Notes under the pieces: generated by a model | What the model saw: the letters and a program-made list of their open reading frames with translations, nothing else | The model's database searches: none | Told to the model about the DNA's origin: nothing | Assembly: GCA_001662655.1 (NCBI GenBank) | Contig: KV460216.1 | Strand: one strand, 5' to 3' | Source of the DNA: Pseudogymnoascus verrucosus | Lineage: Eukaryota | DNA: 58,791 bases | Part shown: one piece after another, positions 12,955-25,474 of the stretch | Layout of the letters: each line of letters begins with the position of its first letter | How positions within the stretch are numbered: the stretch's first letter is position 1 | Position numbers and translations under genes: made by a program

Positions 12955-14258
12955 GAGGGCATGAGGGGGTGCATTTAGATAGGTGGAGGAGTGGAGGGGA
13001 TGGGATGGGGAGACATGTTCGTGCGTGCGGATGTGGGGTTTGTCTTTTTGGGAGCAGTGGGAGTTTGCGGCGGCGTCCAAAAACAAGGGAAATGGTATGC
13101 GGCATGGTGTGGAAAATCTGTGGCACTCATTTGTTTGGCTGACGGGTTGTCTGGAGGCCATTGAAAGAGAGGTAGTTGTGGACGAAGTGGTGATTAGACT
13201 CTCGTAGTTAGATAGATAGGATATCAATGGAGAAATACTCAGGAGTCAGCTGGACTAAGTAGTCAGCTTTTGATATGATCTTTCCCCAAGGCTGTGTCCC
13301 TATCTGCACGCAAGGCGTCAAATTCACTCAATCTCACCTAACGCACCCCTCCTCCCTCTTAACCAGGACAAAATAATGAACTCATTCCTCGCCTTAAAGT
13401 CATCCTCTTTCAAAGTGAAAGGGGATATGAAGCGGTGCGGAACCCGGATCCCATTCAAATCAGGCCAAATCATATCGTCCAACTTCTCGGTCAATGCGTT
13501 TCTCTGTGGCTTAGGCACTATATAGTTCTGATATTCGACAAGCTGGACAAACTATCGAGGATCGGAGACCATGAAGTCGCATTCGACGGGTTTTTCTTGC
13601 CTCTCCTGACGGAACTGGATAAGATGCCCCCGGGGAAAACGCCTGGTGATATCACTCAAGAATTTCATACCATGGCACACCAATTCGCAGAGAAACTGCG
13701 AAAACTGCACACGATTCATTTCTCTCCGCCTCAGCATATGAGCCCTCGCCCGCAGCATCTGACCCCTCCTCTCCAGAATGTGATCCCTCGGCCTCAGCAT
13801 ATGAGCTCGATAGATTTACCGGAACTAGAGCATGGTTGCACGTGCAAGGAAATGTCGAAGGCTCGTTTCTTTCCTTGAAGATCCCACGCTCAAGCGCATT
13901 CTTTTCCAATTCAGCACCGAGAAGCTTTTCGCCCACCACAAAACGTACCACTTACCCCTGATCACCAAAGAGGGATTTACCCATACGTGCAAGACAAGTA
14001 TCCAGTTGGATGGCGCGCTAAACTACAAAGTAACCATTCGGAGACTATCTGGTAAGGCTAAAAGGGTGAGGCAAAGAAAAGAGAAAAGAGGGATAATCTG
14101 TAAATCGACAATACCAAGCACGAAAATGCGAAAGCCTCGGTCGCAGAGACTTCATACAAAGGCTAGGATGCGATATGCAGCCGATTTTGGACGGTTTCTT
14201 TGCGAGACGAGAAACAAGACGCTTCTCAAAAAGTCTACCGAGCCTTCTAATACATGAG

Positions 14259-14386
14259 CTACGACGGGGATGAGGACGGTCTCTGTAACGCTGGATACGG
14301 CACTCAATCTCTACTACGACGGGGAATGAGGACGGTTTCTGTAACGCTAGATACGGTGCTCGTTCTCTGATACTATGCGACGGAGG
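14259..14386. repeat. ~55-bp imperfect tandem duplication plus a partial third copy
   Basis: CTACGACGGGGATGAGGACGGTCTCTGTAACGCTGGATACGG at 14259 and CTACGACGGGGAATGAGGACGGTTTCTGTAACGCTAGATACGG at 14314. Confidence 0.85.
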
Positions 14387-14814
14387 GCTTTACGAATTTT
14401 GCTACTCTTTGCCAGTTGATTATATGAGATGATGGCCGGTTGTTACTGCGTCGGTGGATGACACTTTTTCATTGTGGCTGTTTGAGCTTTACACAAGTAT
14501 CTGTCTGATACATTCCTAGAGAACATTTGCTTAGATAACATTAGCTTATAGTCTGTAATAATATCACCAATAAAGCATCTTCGAGAGCAAATCGCTTCTT
14601 CCTTCTGACGCAATGTAAACCTAGTGACCGATTTAGAAGTATCATGTTACAAACATTTAGAAGCTTGATGCGTTGCTGCGAGTAGGTTGAGTTCAGTTAC
14701 TGTACATTGTTCTCCCATTCCATTCCATTCCATTCCCTCAAATCCAGCCCAACGCCAGATATAACCGTCCCGCTTCCACTTATATATATACAACAAGGTT
14801 CCTTTCCCCCGCCT

Positions 14815-15505
14815 TTACTTCTTCCCCATGATCATCTCCTTCACGGATTCCAGGGTTGACTTCTGCTTCTTCTCCTTCCCATCAACCACCGAGCTTGCAT
14901 CCTCGCTGTCCTTTCCTTCCGCGGCTCTCACCTGCGCCAGTATCGGGTTCTTTCCTTCATCAATCACCTTAGATTGTTCGCCTTTCCCAAATCTATCAGA
15001 CAAACGCTTCGATCTTCTCTCCTTTTCAGCCCTGATCTCTTTCTCCTCTTCATCTCTCGCCTCTAGCTCCTTAATCCACAGGTCGTTCTTCTCCTTAGCC
15101 TTGCGCTCTGCCACCACCTCATCAAATTCCTTGCGCTTCTGGCGGTCGGATTTCCAGTACATTGAGCCGGCAACCATGGCGACGATTGTGAAACCTTGGG
15201 CGTAGATACGGGCGCGGAACATCCGGTTCGTGCGTTGTTGGTCGCCAGAGCGGATTGACTTGGAGGCATGGTAAAGTGCCCAACATGTAAGAGCACATCC
15301 TATACTGAATGTTAGATAATGCATTGGTGGGATGGCTGGAGGCATACCCAAAGGCACGAGGGGCTCTTCTTTGAGCCTGCGGGTCAGCTTTTGCCATCGG
15401 TTCTCTTCGTAGAATTCTCTGAGCTATGTCAGTGCGATTTCAATTAATATACCAGTAAACATACGTATCTCCGTCAAAGGACGACGGCAGGTTGGTGGAC
15501 GACAT
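14815..15505 (-). CDS. RCF1: Respiratory supercomplex factor 1 (HIG1 domain), 3 exons
   Basis: [12 protein letters not shown] / [24 protein letters not shown] / [37 protein letters not shown], a HIG1 signature. Two short GT-AG introns near 15.3-15.47 kb. Confidence 0.92.
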
Positions 15506-15754
15506 GGCTGCGCACTCGGAATTGTGGTGAGAGCTTTCCTGATCGCAGCCTTATTAATTAATGCGCTCCCAGTTGCTCCTCGGAGATTCTGTGGTTGTGA
15601 CGCGGTATTAGGATTAAAGTTTTCCCGATCCTGGTGGTACAGTCACCTATCAGTGACCCCACAATACAAATTCATGGCCGATAAGGCTCCGAACCCAAAA
15701 AAGCTCCCTTGCCATGAACACAACAACTCTGAATTGAGAACAACACCACAAGTA

Positions 15755-17569
15755 ATGACGGCAGAGATGGAGACTCCAAATGGAGTCAGCGACTCGCCCA
15801 CCATACCGCGTACTCCCAGCGTTCAAGCTTTATCTCTGACAGAATATGCCACCAACCCTTCACCGCCGAGAGAAGGGAGGCAAGAGGGGAAGGAGAAAGT
15901 GACGAGTGCAGTGCCATTGGACTTCATATTGCCCACTGGGTATCCCGATGTTGGTCACCACGAAAGGCTTCCTTCAAACAAAGCTAATAAGGAGTAGTAT
16001 TTACGATTGATTCTTACTTCGCGAGTTTATGAAGTTGTCAATGAGACGCCGTTGACTCACGCCACCAACTTGAGCAACCGGCTAGAATGCCAGGTCCTGC
16101 TCAAGAGGGAAGACCTGCAACCCGTCTTTAGCTTTAAGCTGAGAGGTGCATATAATAAGATGGCACATTTGGACCCGCAAACACGCTGGAAGGGTGTCGT
16201 CGCTTGCTCTGCCGGTATGACTGCTACAATGACCGATGTGAACAAGGCACTGACTTGAACAGGGAACCACGCTCAAGGCGTAGCATACTCGGCTCGCAAA
16301 CTGAAGATCCCTGCGACCATCGTCATGCCACAGGGGACTCCGAGCATCAAGCATCTGAATGTTACAAGACTGGGAGGATCTGTTGTGCTTCACGGGGCCG
16401 ATTTCGACGCTGCGAAGGAAGAATGCTATCGCCTGGAGAAGCTTCACGGCCTGACGAACATCTCTCCATTCGACGACCCATACGTCATCGCAGGCCAAGG
16501 AACAATTGGAATGGAGTTGTTGAGGCAGACAAACCTCCAGCAGTTGGAAGCTATATTCTGTTGTGTGGGAGGTGGAGGTTTGATTGCAGGGATTGGCGCG
16601 TACGTCAAACGCATTGCACCACATGTAAAGATCATTGGAGTCGAAACATACGATGCGAACGCAATGGTCCAGTCGCTAGCAAAGGGAGAAAGAGTCTTCT
16701 TGAAGGAGGTCGGACTTTTTGCGGACGGCGCGGCTGTCAAGCAAGTCGGTGAGGAGACATTCCGCATTTGCCAAGAGGTTGTCGACGAAGTCATCCAAGT
16801 CACAACAGATGAGACTTGTGCTGCTATCAGAGATGTCTTTGAAGACACCCGCTCCATCGTCGAGCCTGCCGGCGCACTTTCCATCGCCGGCTTAAAGAAA
16901 TACGTAGCCGCCAACCCCTCTCCTAACACCAGACGCCAACTTGTCGCCATCGCATCTGGCGCGAACATGAACTTCGACCGCCTTCGTTTTGTTGCAGAGC
17001 GCGCCGCACTCGGTGAGGGCAAGGAGGCCCTCCTCAGAGTAGCTATGCCGGAAACCCCCGGCGCATTCTCCGAACTCATGAAAGCCATCATGCCACACGC
17101 TGTTACTGAGTTCTCATACCGCTACGCCACTGAGGCGATGGCTAACGTCCTCGTTGGAATTTCTCTCACTTCTCCAGCATCGCAGCGGGCAGAGGAACTC
17201 AAGAACCTCCTCGAGCGTATCTCTTCGGGTGGCTTGACTGCGGTGGACTTGTCAGGCGACGAGCTGGCCAAATCGCATATCAGATACTTAGTTGGTGGCC
17301 GATCTGACGTCCCTAACGAACGCCTATACATGTTCAACTTCCCCGAGCGACCCGGAGCATTGGAGCGTTTCCTTGCTACGCTGAAGCCGAACTACAACGT
17401 CAGCCTCTTCCAGTATCGCCATGCAGGCAGCGACATCGGAAAGGTCTTGACGGGTATCCAGTGCCCTGACGATGAGGTTGACCAATTGCATGCCTTTTTG
17501 AACAAGATTGGTTACCCTTGGGAGGATTGCACGGACTCTGAGGTATTTAAGACCTTTTTGAGATCATGA
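15755..17569 (+). CDS. ILV1: Biosynthetic threonine dehydratase (threonine deaminase), 3 exons; an alternative in-frame ATG lies at 15674
   Basis: PLP-lysine motif [26 protein letters not shown] across intron 16215-16262, VGGGGL and SGANMNF, with C-terminal ACT-like regulatory domains (FPERPGAL). First intron 15950-15997. Confidence 0.95.
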
Positions 17570-17898
17570 TAGATGGATGGGAAGATGGATTAGTTATATG
17601 GCGTTTGATAGTGCTACTAGATAAAAGTGTAGATGGGTGGCGGGCCTGCACATAATTAATGTGGTCAACTTTTCCCTGGCGGAATAAATCAAGTGCATGG
17701 CATTGTGTGAATGACCGATCCTGCAACTGGAGCGACTCCATAGTTACAGGGCTAGCTCTAAAACACTCACTGTGCTCTATCATTTCCTAAATTTCGTATT
17801 CATGAGCATGTGTGACTTATGAACTTTAGCTTCCAAGTTTGAAACAGAAACTCCATACTTTTGAGTATTGAATATGAGTAACAACGGGCAACCCAATT

Positions 17899-18687
17899 TC
17901 ATTCTTGCCTCGGAGCCAGAGCAATGCAGGAGAACCTCAGATCCCCCCCTGAGTTCCGCTCCATATCAATCAACCTTCCCAGCCCCAACTCCAGGGCTCT
18001 CGGACTCAAAGCATCTTCATCTTCCGCCAACGCTCCCCTGTCCAAAGGGCCTTTCCTCGACCCTTCCAGCTCCCACAGATGTCCATCTTTTGCCTTCACG
18101 AAACTGACAAAGTGCTGGCCCAACTTATCCGCTGCCTCGGCGGTGGGAGGATGTGTGTCACCAAGCTGTGCAACGGCCTCGTGTGCTACCTCAAATGGCT
18201 CCGATTCCGATAGCATATTCGCCCTCTCAGCCCAGCGCAACGGGATAGCATCCAGGAGTATCTTGTCAAAATCGCTCCCTGGTTTGATATAATCTGCGGC
18301 CTGGCTGTTGAGAACCGAGTGAAGCAGTCCGATGGAACCACATGCGTGGTTTATTGTCTGCTTGAACCAAACAACGGGCTCATCGGGACCAACTCCTTGG
18401 TAAATCTGCTTGGGGCCGTCTTCCTCTTCACGATCTTTATGCCAGGCATCAGACAAGGGAATGATGACCAGCAATGCGAAAACTGGGCGTGGGATTATCG
18501 CGAGGAGGTCGGGGTTGGTGAGCGAGTATACGTCATAAAATGCAAGGTCTTGTGAGAGGCCGAGTTTGTATGCAAGCTGGTTCATCACCTCTGGGTTGTT
18601 TTCTAGAAACCGTCAGTAAACTGATAAAGTAACTTAACTTGCTGCTTGAGGTTCATTACCGAGTACGGTAAATGTCTTTATGGCCAT
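17899..18687 (-). CDS. Ubiquitin carboxyl-terminal hydrolase (peptidase C12, UCH-L3/Yuh1-like), 2 exons
   Basis: MAIKTFTVLE/NNPEVM, QTINHACGSIGLLH (catalytic Cys), GQHFVSFV (catalytic His) and LWELEGSRKGP. Intron about 18603-18659. Confidence 0.9.
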
Positions 18688-19680
18688 AGTTGCGACGTGC
18701 TAGTTCAGAAGAAAATATGTTCACACAGCCAAAATTTATGTTGAAGTAGTATCTTTAACCCTTTTGTTTGAACCATCTGTTTGTCGAACTATATCCAAGT
18801 CCAGTGAAGCTTGGAATTGGCATGCAGGGTCACGTGTAATGGTGACGGGTCGCAGTTGCCTTGGAAACAATTCCGATGTCAGAGCTGTCGACATCACTGA
18901 CTGACTATGGTCTCCCAATGAATGAAAGCCAATCACTATCATAATCATCACTCCCACTTTATTATAAGGCTCATTTCATATGCTGAAAAGGGTATTCATG
19001 ACTTGCTTTGTTCATGCCAAGGGCCCAATATTTATCGAATTATAATTAGTGGTCATTTAATGGTGAATAATTGGATAAACTTCAGAGTATATTAAAATGT
19101 TAACTTCGATCACTCAAATAAGCCAGAATTTAAATATAAGTAAGGAATACACGCCACTCATTGATGTTTAGTAAGTTCTGTTACTCCTGGGTCCGTTCAA
19201 TTATCTAACCATGAGCGTTGCCTGTATGATGACTGGACATCCCAGTTTTCATTGAACTAAGCTATAAACCTCCAGGTACGTACATAAAAAGCTCCCATGG
19301 CCCCGGACACCACAACAAGGCCTATAGAGTCCAAGGCACAGAAGTACCAACAGACAGATGGGATCGAGAAAACTTGTATGGGGTACCCGAACGCGACAAA
19401 CACTAACCCCGAATGCAAGACAAACGTAGGGTCCCAGGCGTCAGAGAGAAACCCGAAGGCGCGAAAAAACAACAACAACCTCGAATGCGAAACAAATGTA
19501 TGCCCTCACCTTCAGGCGCGAGAAAAACCAATCCCGAATGGGAAACAAACGTATGCCCTTAGGCAGCAGATAGAGAATGAATCCTGAAGGCGAAAGTGTA
19601 AACCTCCAAGGCAGGTTCCAGACAGAAACATATATCGGGAGGCAACAGAGGACGGGAAAACGCTCACAGCGGCGCCTGAC

Positions 19681-21339
19681 TTATGATCTTTTCTTCGCTC
19701 TTTTCTGTGCTCTTTTATGTGCCCCTTTCTTTCCTTTGCCCACTCGACCTGGAACAACGGAGCCGGTGCCATCAGCTTGACGGCTGGACTACAAATAGTT
19801 AGTGGTACAGCTACCAAGAAATGACCAAAAGGTGAGTTACCAGTGAGGCGCGGAGAAGTTTGAGGATCTCATCCTGCTTGTTTTTGATTCCTACTTGCCC
19901 CACCAAGATGGCGCGATATCTATCGTCGCGAGTCTGTCTGCGATTAGTTTCCTCAAGGCGGATCTTATCGGAAATCGCATCTGCATCGGCTTTTACACGT
20001 ATGCGGATGGCTTCGCGGGTCTTCGGGTCAGCGGCATCGTGAAATTTCTGGAGCATAGACAGCTTGCGCGCTGCGTCAAGGACAGAAGCAGGAACCTAAC
20101 AATATTAATTGATATCTGAAATGGATAAGGAAAGGTAAGGCTTACTGGAATGCAGCCTCCCCCAAGGCTGCTGCATCTCTTGCACTTTAGTGGGTTATCT
20201 GTGAAATCACAGGAGAAGACTGGGCTGACTGCAAGATTCTTAAGACATCGGAGACATGCACAGCCATCTCCGGCAACGAGAGGTTTGGCGAGTTTGGGGA
20301 CATTAGCGCCGAGGACGGGATTCTTGTCTATTTTCTCTTCCTTTTCGTCATAGGCACCATCTTCATCATCGTAGCTGTCTTCGTCGCTGTCTCCATCCCT
20401 GTTCTCCTCGGCTTTGGCGTCTTCTTCGTTCGGTTTCTGGCCTTCTTCCTCGCTGTCCTCGTCTTCGTCTTCATCATCTTCGCTTTCATCCTCGATCTCT
20501 TCCTCAGATTTGGTTTTCTTCACGCCCGCTTTCAGGCCCTCTTCTTCGCTCTCATCCTCGTCATCACCATCCTCATAGTCATCATCACTTTCCTCCTCCT
20601 CTCCTCTCAGCCTCTTGGCTGCAGCAGCGTCTTGTTCTTGAGCTTCCTGCTCTTCGGCGAGTCGGCGATCGCGTTCCTCTCTGGCTTCCTTGCGTTCCTT
20701 TGCTAGACGAGCTTGGTCCATTTGTTGTTTCACTCTATGCATCATAGCAATGCTTTCCTGCTGTTGGAATAACCCCTTCTTGCGCTCCTGCTCCTGACGC
20801 TCTTGCTTCTGACGCTCCTTCTCCCGACGCCCCTGCTCTTGACGGGCCTGCTCTTGTCTCTCCTGCTCCTGGCGCTCTTGCTCCTGACGCTGCTGCTCCT
20901 GGCGGCGCAATTCGTCGCGGTGCTCCTTCATGCGCAGTTGGCGCTCTCGCTCCCGTCGACGGTTATCCTCTTGCTTTCTTGTGAGCTCCTCATTTCTAAG
21001 CATGTTGGCCTTTCGCTGTTGTTCTTTCTGAACGGACACCAGTTGCTTTTCAACCATTGTTTCATCATCATCTTCTGCCCCTTCGGTGTGCTCTCCAGTC
21101 GTGTCTCCGTGATCATCTGACTCGTTGTCCTCGTCTTCGTCGTCTTGGATAGGGATTGGCTTCACTGACTTTCTCTGTTTTTTGTTTGAACCGGGGGACC
21201 TCTCTGACAGTTTCGCTACATCCGAAGGGCGCTTGGAAGAGCTGCGTGTTGTTCTTTTGGGTGTGGTTGGTGAAGATGCCCTGCTTCTATACGAGCCATC
21301 CCCTTCATCGAGGTTCTCAGACTTGATCTTCCGAGCCAT
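19681..21339 (-). CDS. Orphan acidic/coiled-coil protein with an atypical six-cysteine (Zn2Cys6-like) motif near the C-terminus, 3 exons
   Basis: The 448-aa ORF has QEQER repeats and a D/E tract. Splicing after CIP (GTAAGC) joins VPASVLDAARKLSMLQKF...LLRASL. A second intron gives the final exon SSRQADGTG...AQKRAKKRS* (TAA at 19681-19683). Confidence 0.65.
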
Positions 21340-22371
21340 GGTGTCGATCTATAAATATCTAAGGAGTTAGTTCATCTCAAGGAATAATGCACGATCAGTG
21401 AGAGAACGGAGGGAAACTGACTGGTACAATCAAATTGTGGTTACTGAACAACTGAACAGGACGTAAGCTCCGTTTGTTGGAGTTGACTGGCTGAGGTGAT
21501 AGCACTGGAAGGGAGTCAAGCTGTGTTGATTGTTAGTATAATCCAAGTGAAATTGAAGCACTGGCGAGAGGTCCTACCAGAAGTTGACTTGTTCTGAACA
21601 AAGGTGAGGTTATTCAATCAGGAAGAAAGTTTGTTTAGGTTGACTTGTGCAATTGAAGTGAGATTGTTGTAGCAAGCAGAGAACCTTGATGATGTTGATG
21701 GAAGGTTTGAAAATGGAACTGCGGTGATGTGGGCACCGTGATGATGAAGCTGAGAGAAAACCGATCTGAAGTTTTGGAGTTGTGGGCAAAAGGTTGGAGG
21801 TAAGTAAACAAAGTCGCGCCTATGCGTGGGCAAAACCTTGCCTGTCCCAATTCGGACAAAACGCAGCTGTACATTTCCTGTTTCGCTAATAGAAGGCCAA
21901 ACAAAGCAAACAGTCCAAATGTAGGATTATTGAAGTGTTCCCAATAGCGACGGCGGGCTGTATCCCCACATATGGTTATTATGTCGCCCACATTCACTTT
22001 ACACTCACTCCGTACACTTAACACACGGGACTGATTGTATGAAATTGATATTACTGGTTATGCAATATCTTAGCCATGAATAATAACACTTCATTTGTGT
22101 GAGTTGGGATTTTGATCTTGCACATGCAACAAGTCAACAATATTGGCTTTGGCGAGGCTCATGCTACTCTCATTATTCCGTTCAAATACAGGTTCTTGAT
22201 ACATTGACACGCTGATGTTTGAGCTCTATCTCCAAACGCACTGGCAGATAGTAAACTCAAAGTAAGTTCACGGGTGTGTATGTGCCGAGTGTCTGATAAG
22301 ACAGCAATTCCCCCTATCCAAGTTTCTTTTCCACGCTGCTTGTCCTGCCTGGACTTCGCGTCTGACACGCG

Positions 22372-25300
22372 CTAATTTCCATTCGCCCGTTTTCTCCCTC
22401 TCCCACTTCCCCTCCCTCGTCCCCTCCCTCGTCCCCTCCCCCTTCCCCTCCCCGTCGTGGATACGTGTGAGGCATCTGACCGGGAATCTGCGCCAGATGA
22501 TGATCGTAGAGGGGTCTCGGCATCCTTTGAACCCTCGGCTGAAACCTCGGCAGAACCCTCAACGGCACCCTCAGCTGTTCGCAGATGACTCCCGACAGCT
22601 TCAGAGTCACTTTCCCTTTTCCTCTTGCCTAGTTGCGAAGCATTTGGCAAGCGAGGTTTGTCAACTGTCGGTGGTAGTATAGGAGACTTGGCAGAACTCT
22701 CAGTGTCACCCTCAGTTGTTCGACTTCCGATAATCTGAGAGTCACTTCCCCTTTTCCTCTTGCCTAGTTTGGAAGAATCTGATTTGCGAGATTTGTCAAC
22801 TGTCGGTGGTAGTGTACGAGTCTCGGCGGAACCCCTAACGACACCCTCAGTGGCACTTTGCCTGGTTTTAACGCCAAGTTGTGAGCTATCGTACATGCGA
22901 GATTTATCAAGTGCTGGCGACGAGATAGAACTCCCATGAAATCCTCTGGATACACCCTCAGTTGTTTGCAAGTGACTCTCCATAGCCCAATGGACACTTT
23001 TCCTGCTTTTTATACCAAGCTGGGAGCCATCGTGGACTTGAGATTTATCAAGTGCTGGCGGTGGGAGAGGAGTCCCACAAAATCCCCTAGCTACACCCTC
23101 AGTTGTTTGTAAGTGATTTTCCATAGCCAAAGGGGCACTTTGCCTGGTTTTTATACCGAGTTGGGAGCCATCGCGAACTTGAGATTTATCGAGTACTTGT
23201 GGTAATATAGGGTCCTCAGCAACCGCCTCAACGGCACCTCCAGTTAAACCCCCCATAGCCTTCGGCGCGATTGGCCTATTCCCCTTGTTAAGTTGGGGGC
23301 CATTGTGCATGAGAGATTGATCGACTAGCCGTGGTAGTGTCGAGGTCTCGGCACACCCACCACCTCTCCCAACATCTCTCCCCCTATTCTTACCCCTCCC
23401 CCTACTCCCTCTGGGTCTCCCTCCCCTTTTCGCACTCCCATCGTTGCATGACGCTTCCGGGTCAAGAGGTTTGCTCACTGGTGGCAGTATAGGAGCTTCG
23501 GCATTATTTAAATCCTCAGCAAAGCCCTCAACAACACCCCCCCTTGCTCTCCTTCTCCCCATGACTTTCCCGCTTCTGCTTGCACGCCCAGTCCCTCTCC
23601 TTCTATTAGACGGCTGTGAGATATCCGGCGTGTCAAGTGTTGGTAGTGGAGTCTGGGCATCATTTAACCCCCCAAAATCATCAACCTCTAAACCACCACC
23701 AGTTAGTGCCTGGGCGTCTTCTGGCCACGCAGTTGGTCCCAAAACATCTCCTGGCCACAGAGTTGCCAAAGCTGCCCCAGATTCTTTTATCCAAGCTTGT
23801 GTACTTGCAAGCTTCCTTTCCAACTTGATTTCATGTTGCTCCTTTTGAAGTGGATTCAACACCGCCCCAACAAAACATATGATAAAATTTGTAATGACAA
23901 GTCCCATCTGACCAGAAATACACTGATAAGTTCCTACACACTCATCTCCCATAGCAGCCTTCACGGCTAGATAAATCTTGCCGCCTTCCATCCGTCTCTC
24001 AACATTTTCCGTACAAGCGTCCGCCACCTCTTGGATGAAAGCAACATCCTCCATTCCTAATAGAACCTTATCATAGTCAGTTCGTGGAACAAGTTTTGTT
24101 GGGATGGTAACAGTTCCTGTATCCATTGCTCCGCGCCTGTCAGATTCTAGAACTCCGGCCATCGGTAAAGGTTTATCATTTCCAGCTGGAGCAGCGACAG
24201 GTACCCCCGCAGCACCGCCATCAGCAGGAGCCTCTATGGCTTTCTTGTCTCTTGCGTCTGTGTTACCTACACCAGCCTCCATAGCGTTTTCTTTCCGTAC
24301 GGGAGCCAAGATTGAGCTATACAGGGGACCTTGGGGCCATTCCTGTTCCCTCCAAACCGCAGCATATAGTATGTCATTACAATAACCTTGCAGTATCAGA
24401 TCGTAAGTTCGTACCGTGGTATTGTAGTAATCATCCTCCATCGCCAATTGAATCGTATGTTCCTCAGCGATCTCCCTATCCTCCTTTGCCATCCGTTCTG
24501 CTTCCTCCTTTTTTAGCTCCGCTAGCTCACTCGAAGTTACTGTCCAGTCTATAGACCAACTTGTCTCCGTATTCGCTAGGTCCTCTTCTGCCTCTAACAT
24601 CCCAACCGTAGTCACCGAAAACTCCTCGGTAACATGTCTCTCCTCCTCTGCCAGCTCCTCTTCTGCCTCCAACATCCCAACCGTAGTCACCGAAAACTCC
24701 TCGGTAACATGTCTCTCCTCCTCTGCCAGTTCCTCTTCTGCCTCCGCCATCCCATCCGGAGTCATCGAAAACTCCTCGGTAACATGTCTCTTCTTGGTCG
24801 TTCTTGGCAATTCTGTAGCTTCCAAGTCAATCAAAGAAATTGGCCTCTCATCATCGTCTGTCGGACTCCCCCCACCTGGATCTTCAGGTCCCCCCCCGTC
24901 CTCACTCAGCCTCTCCGCCCACCTCCGCGCCACACTCAACTTCCGCTCCTGAATCGTGCTGTCATCCTCCGCCAACCTTGTCTCCTCCACCAGCCTCCCC
25001 AGGTCACTCGGCCGCCTCTCCTCGCTCGTCTGGTTTTTCGTCTGCTCTTTGGTCTGCCTTTTCGTCCGCTCCTTCGTCTGCTCTTTCGTCTGCTCTTTCA
25101 TCTGCTCTTTNNNNNNNNNNNNNNNNNNNNNNNNNNNNNNNNNNNNNNNNNNNNNNNNNNNNNNNNNNNNNNNNNNNNNNNNNNNNNNTCTGCTCTTTCA
25201 TCTGCTCTTTTGTCTGCTCTTCCGTCTGCTCTTTCGGCCAAATAATCAGATCGCCCGGGTTCACTCCCTGACTACAAACGTTGCACACCCGGTTGAATCT

Positions 25301-25474
25301 CCCCGTCAGGATCCCCTGATTCATATCAAGCATGCAGTTATTGGTTAGCGTGAAGCGCAGTCCTTCCTCTTGTGGGATCACACCGTTTCTCATCGCCCGA
25401 GTGCTCGCACAGTAGTGCCATGGTGTTGGTCCTACGCAGCCGCAGGAGTAGGTTGTAGATACAAGGCGACACAT
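22372..25474 (-). CDS. Large orphan repeat protein: N-terminal Cys-rich motif, KEQT minisatellite, internal repeats, AT-hook and RG tail (spans the assembly gap)
   Basis: The ORFs 25474->gap and 25101->22372 both carry KEQT/KEQM repeats on either side of the N-run. A long stop-free frame of 909 aa follows the gap. Confidence 0.6.
25030..25235. repeat. 12-bp coding minisatellite (TCTGCTCTTTCG-type) with assembly gap N 25111-25188
   Basis: Repeated TCTGCTCTTT[C/T]N units lie on both sides of 78 Ns, which indicates a collapsed repeat. Confidence 0.9.
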
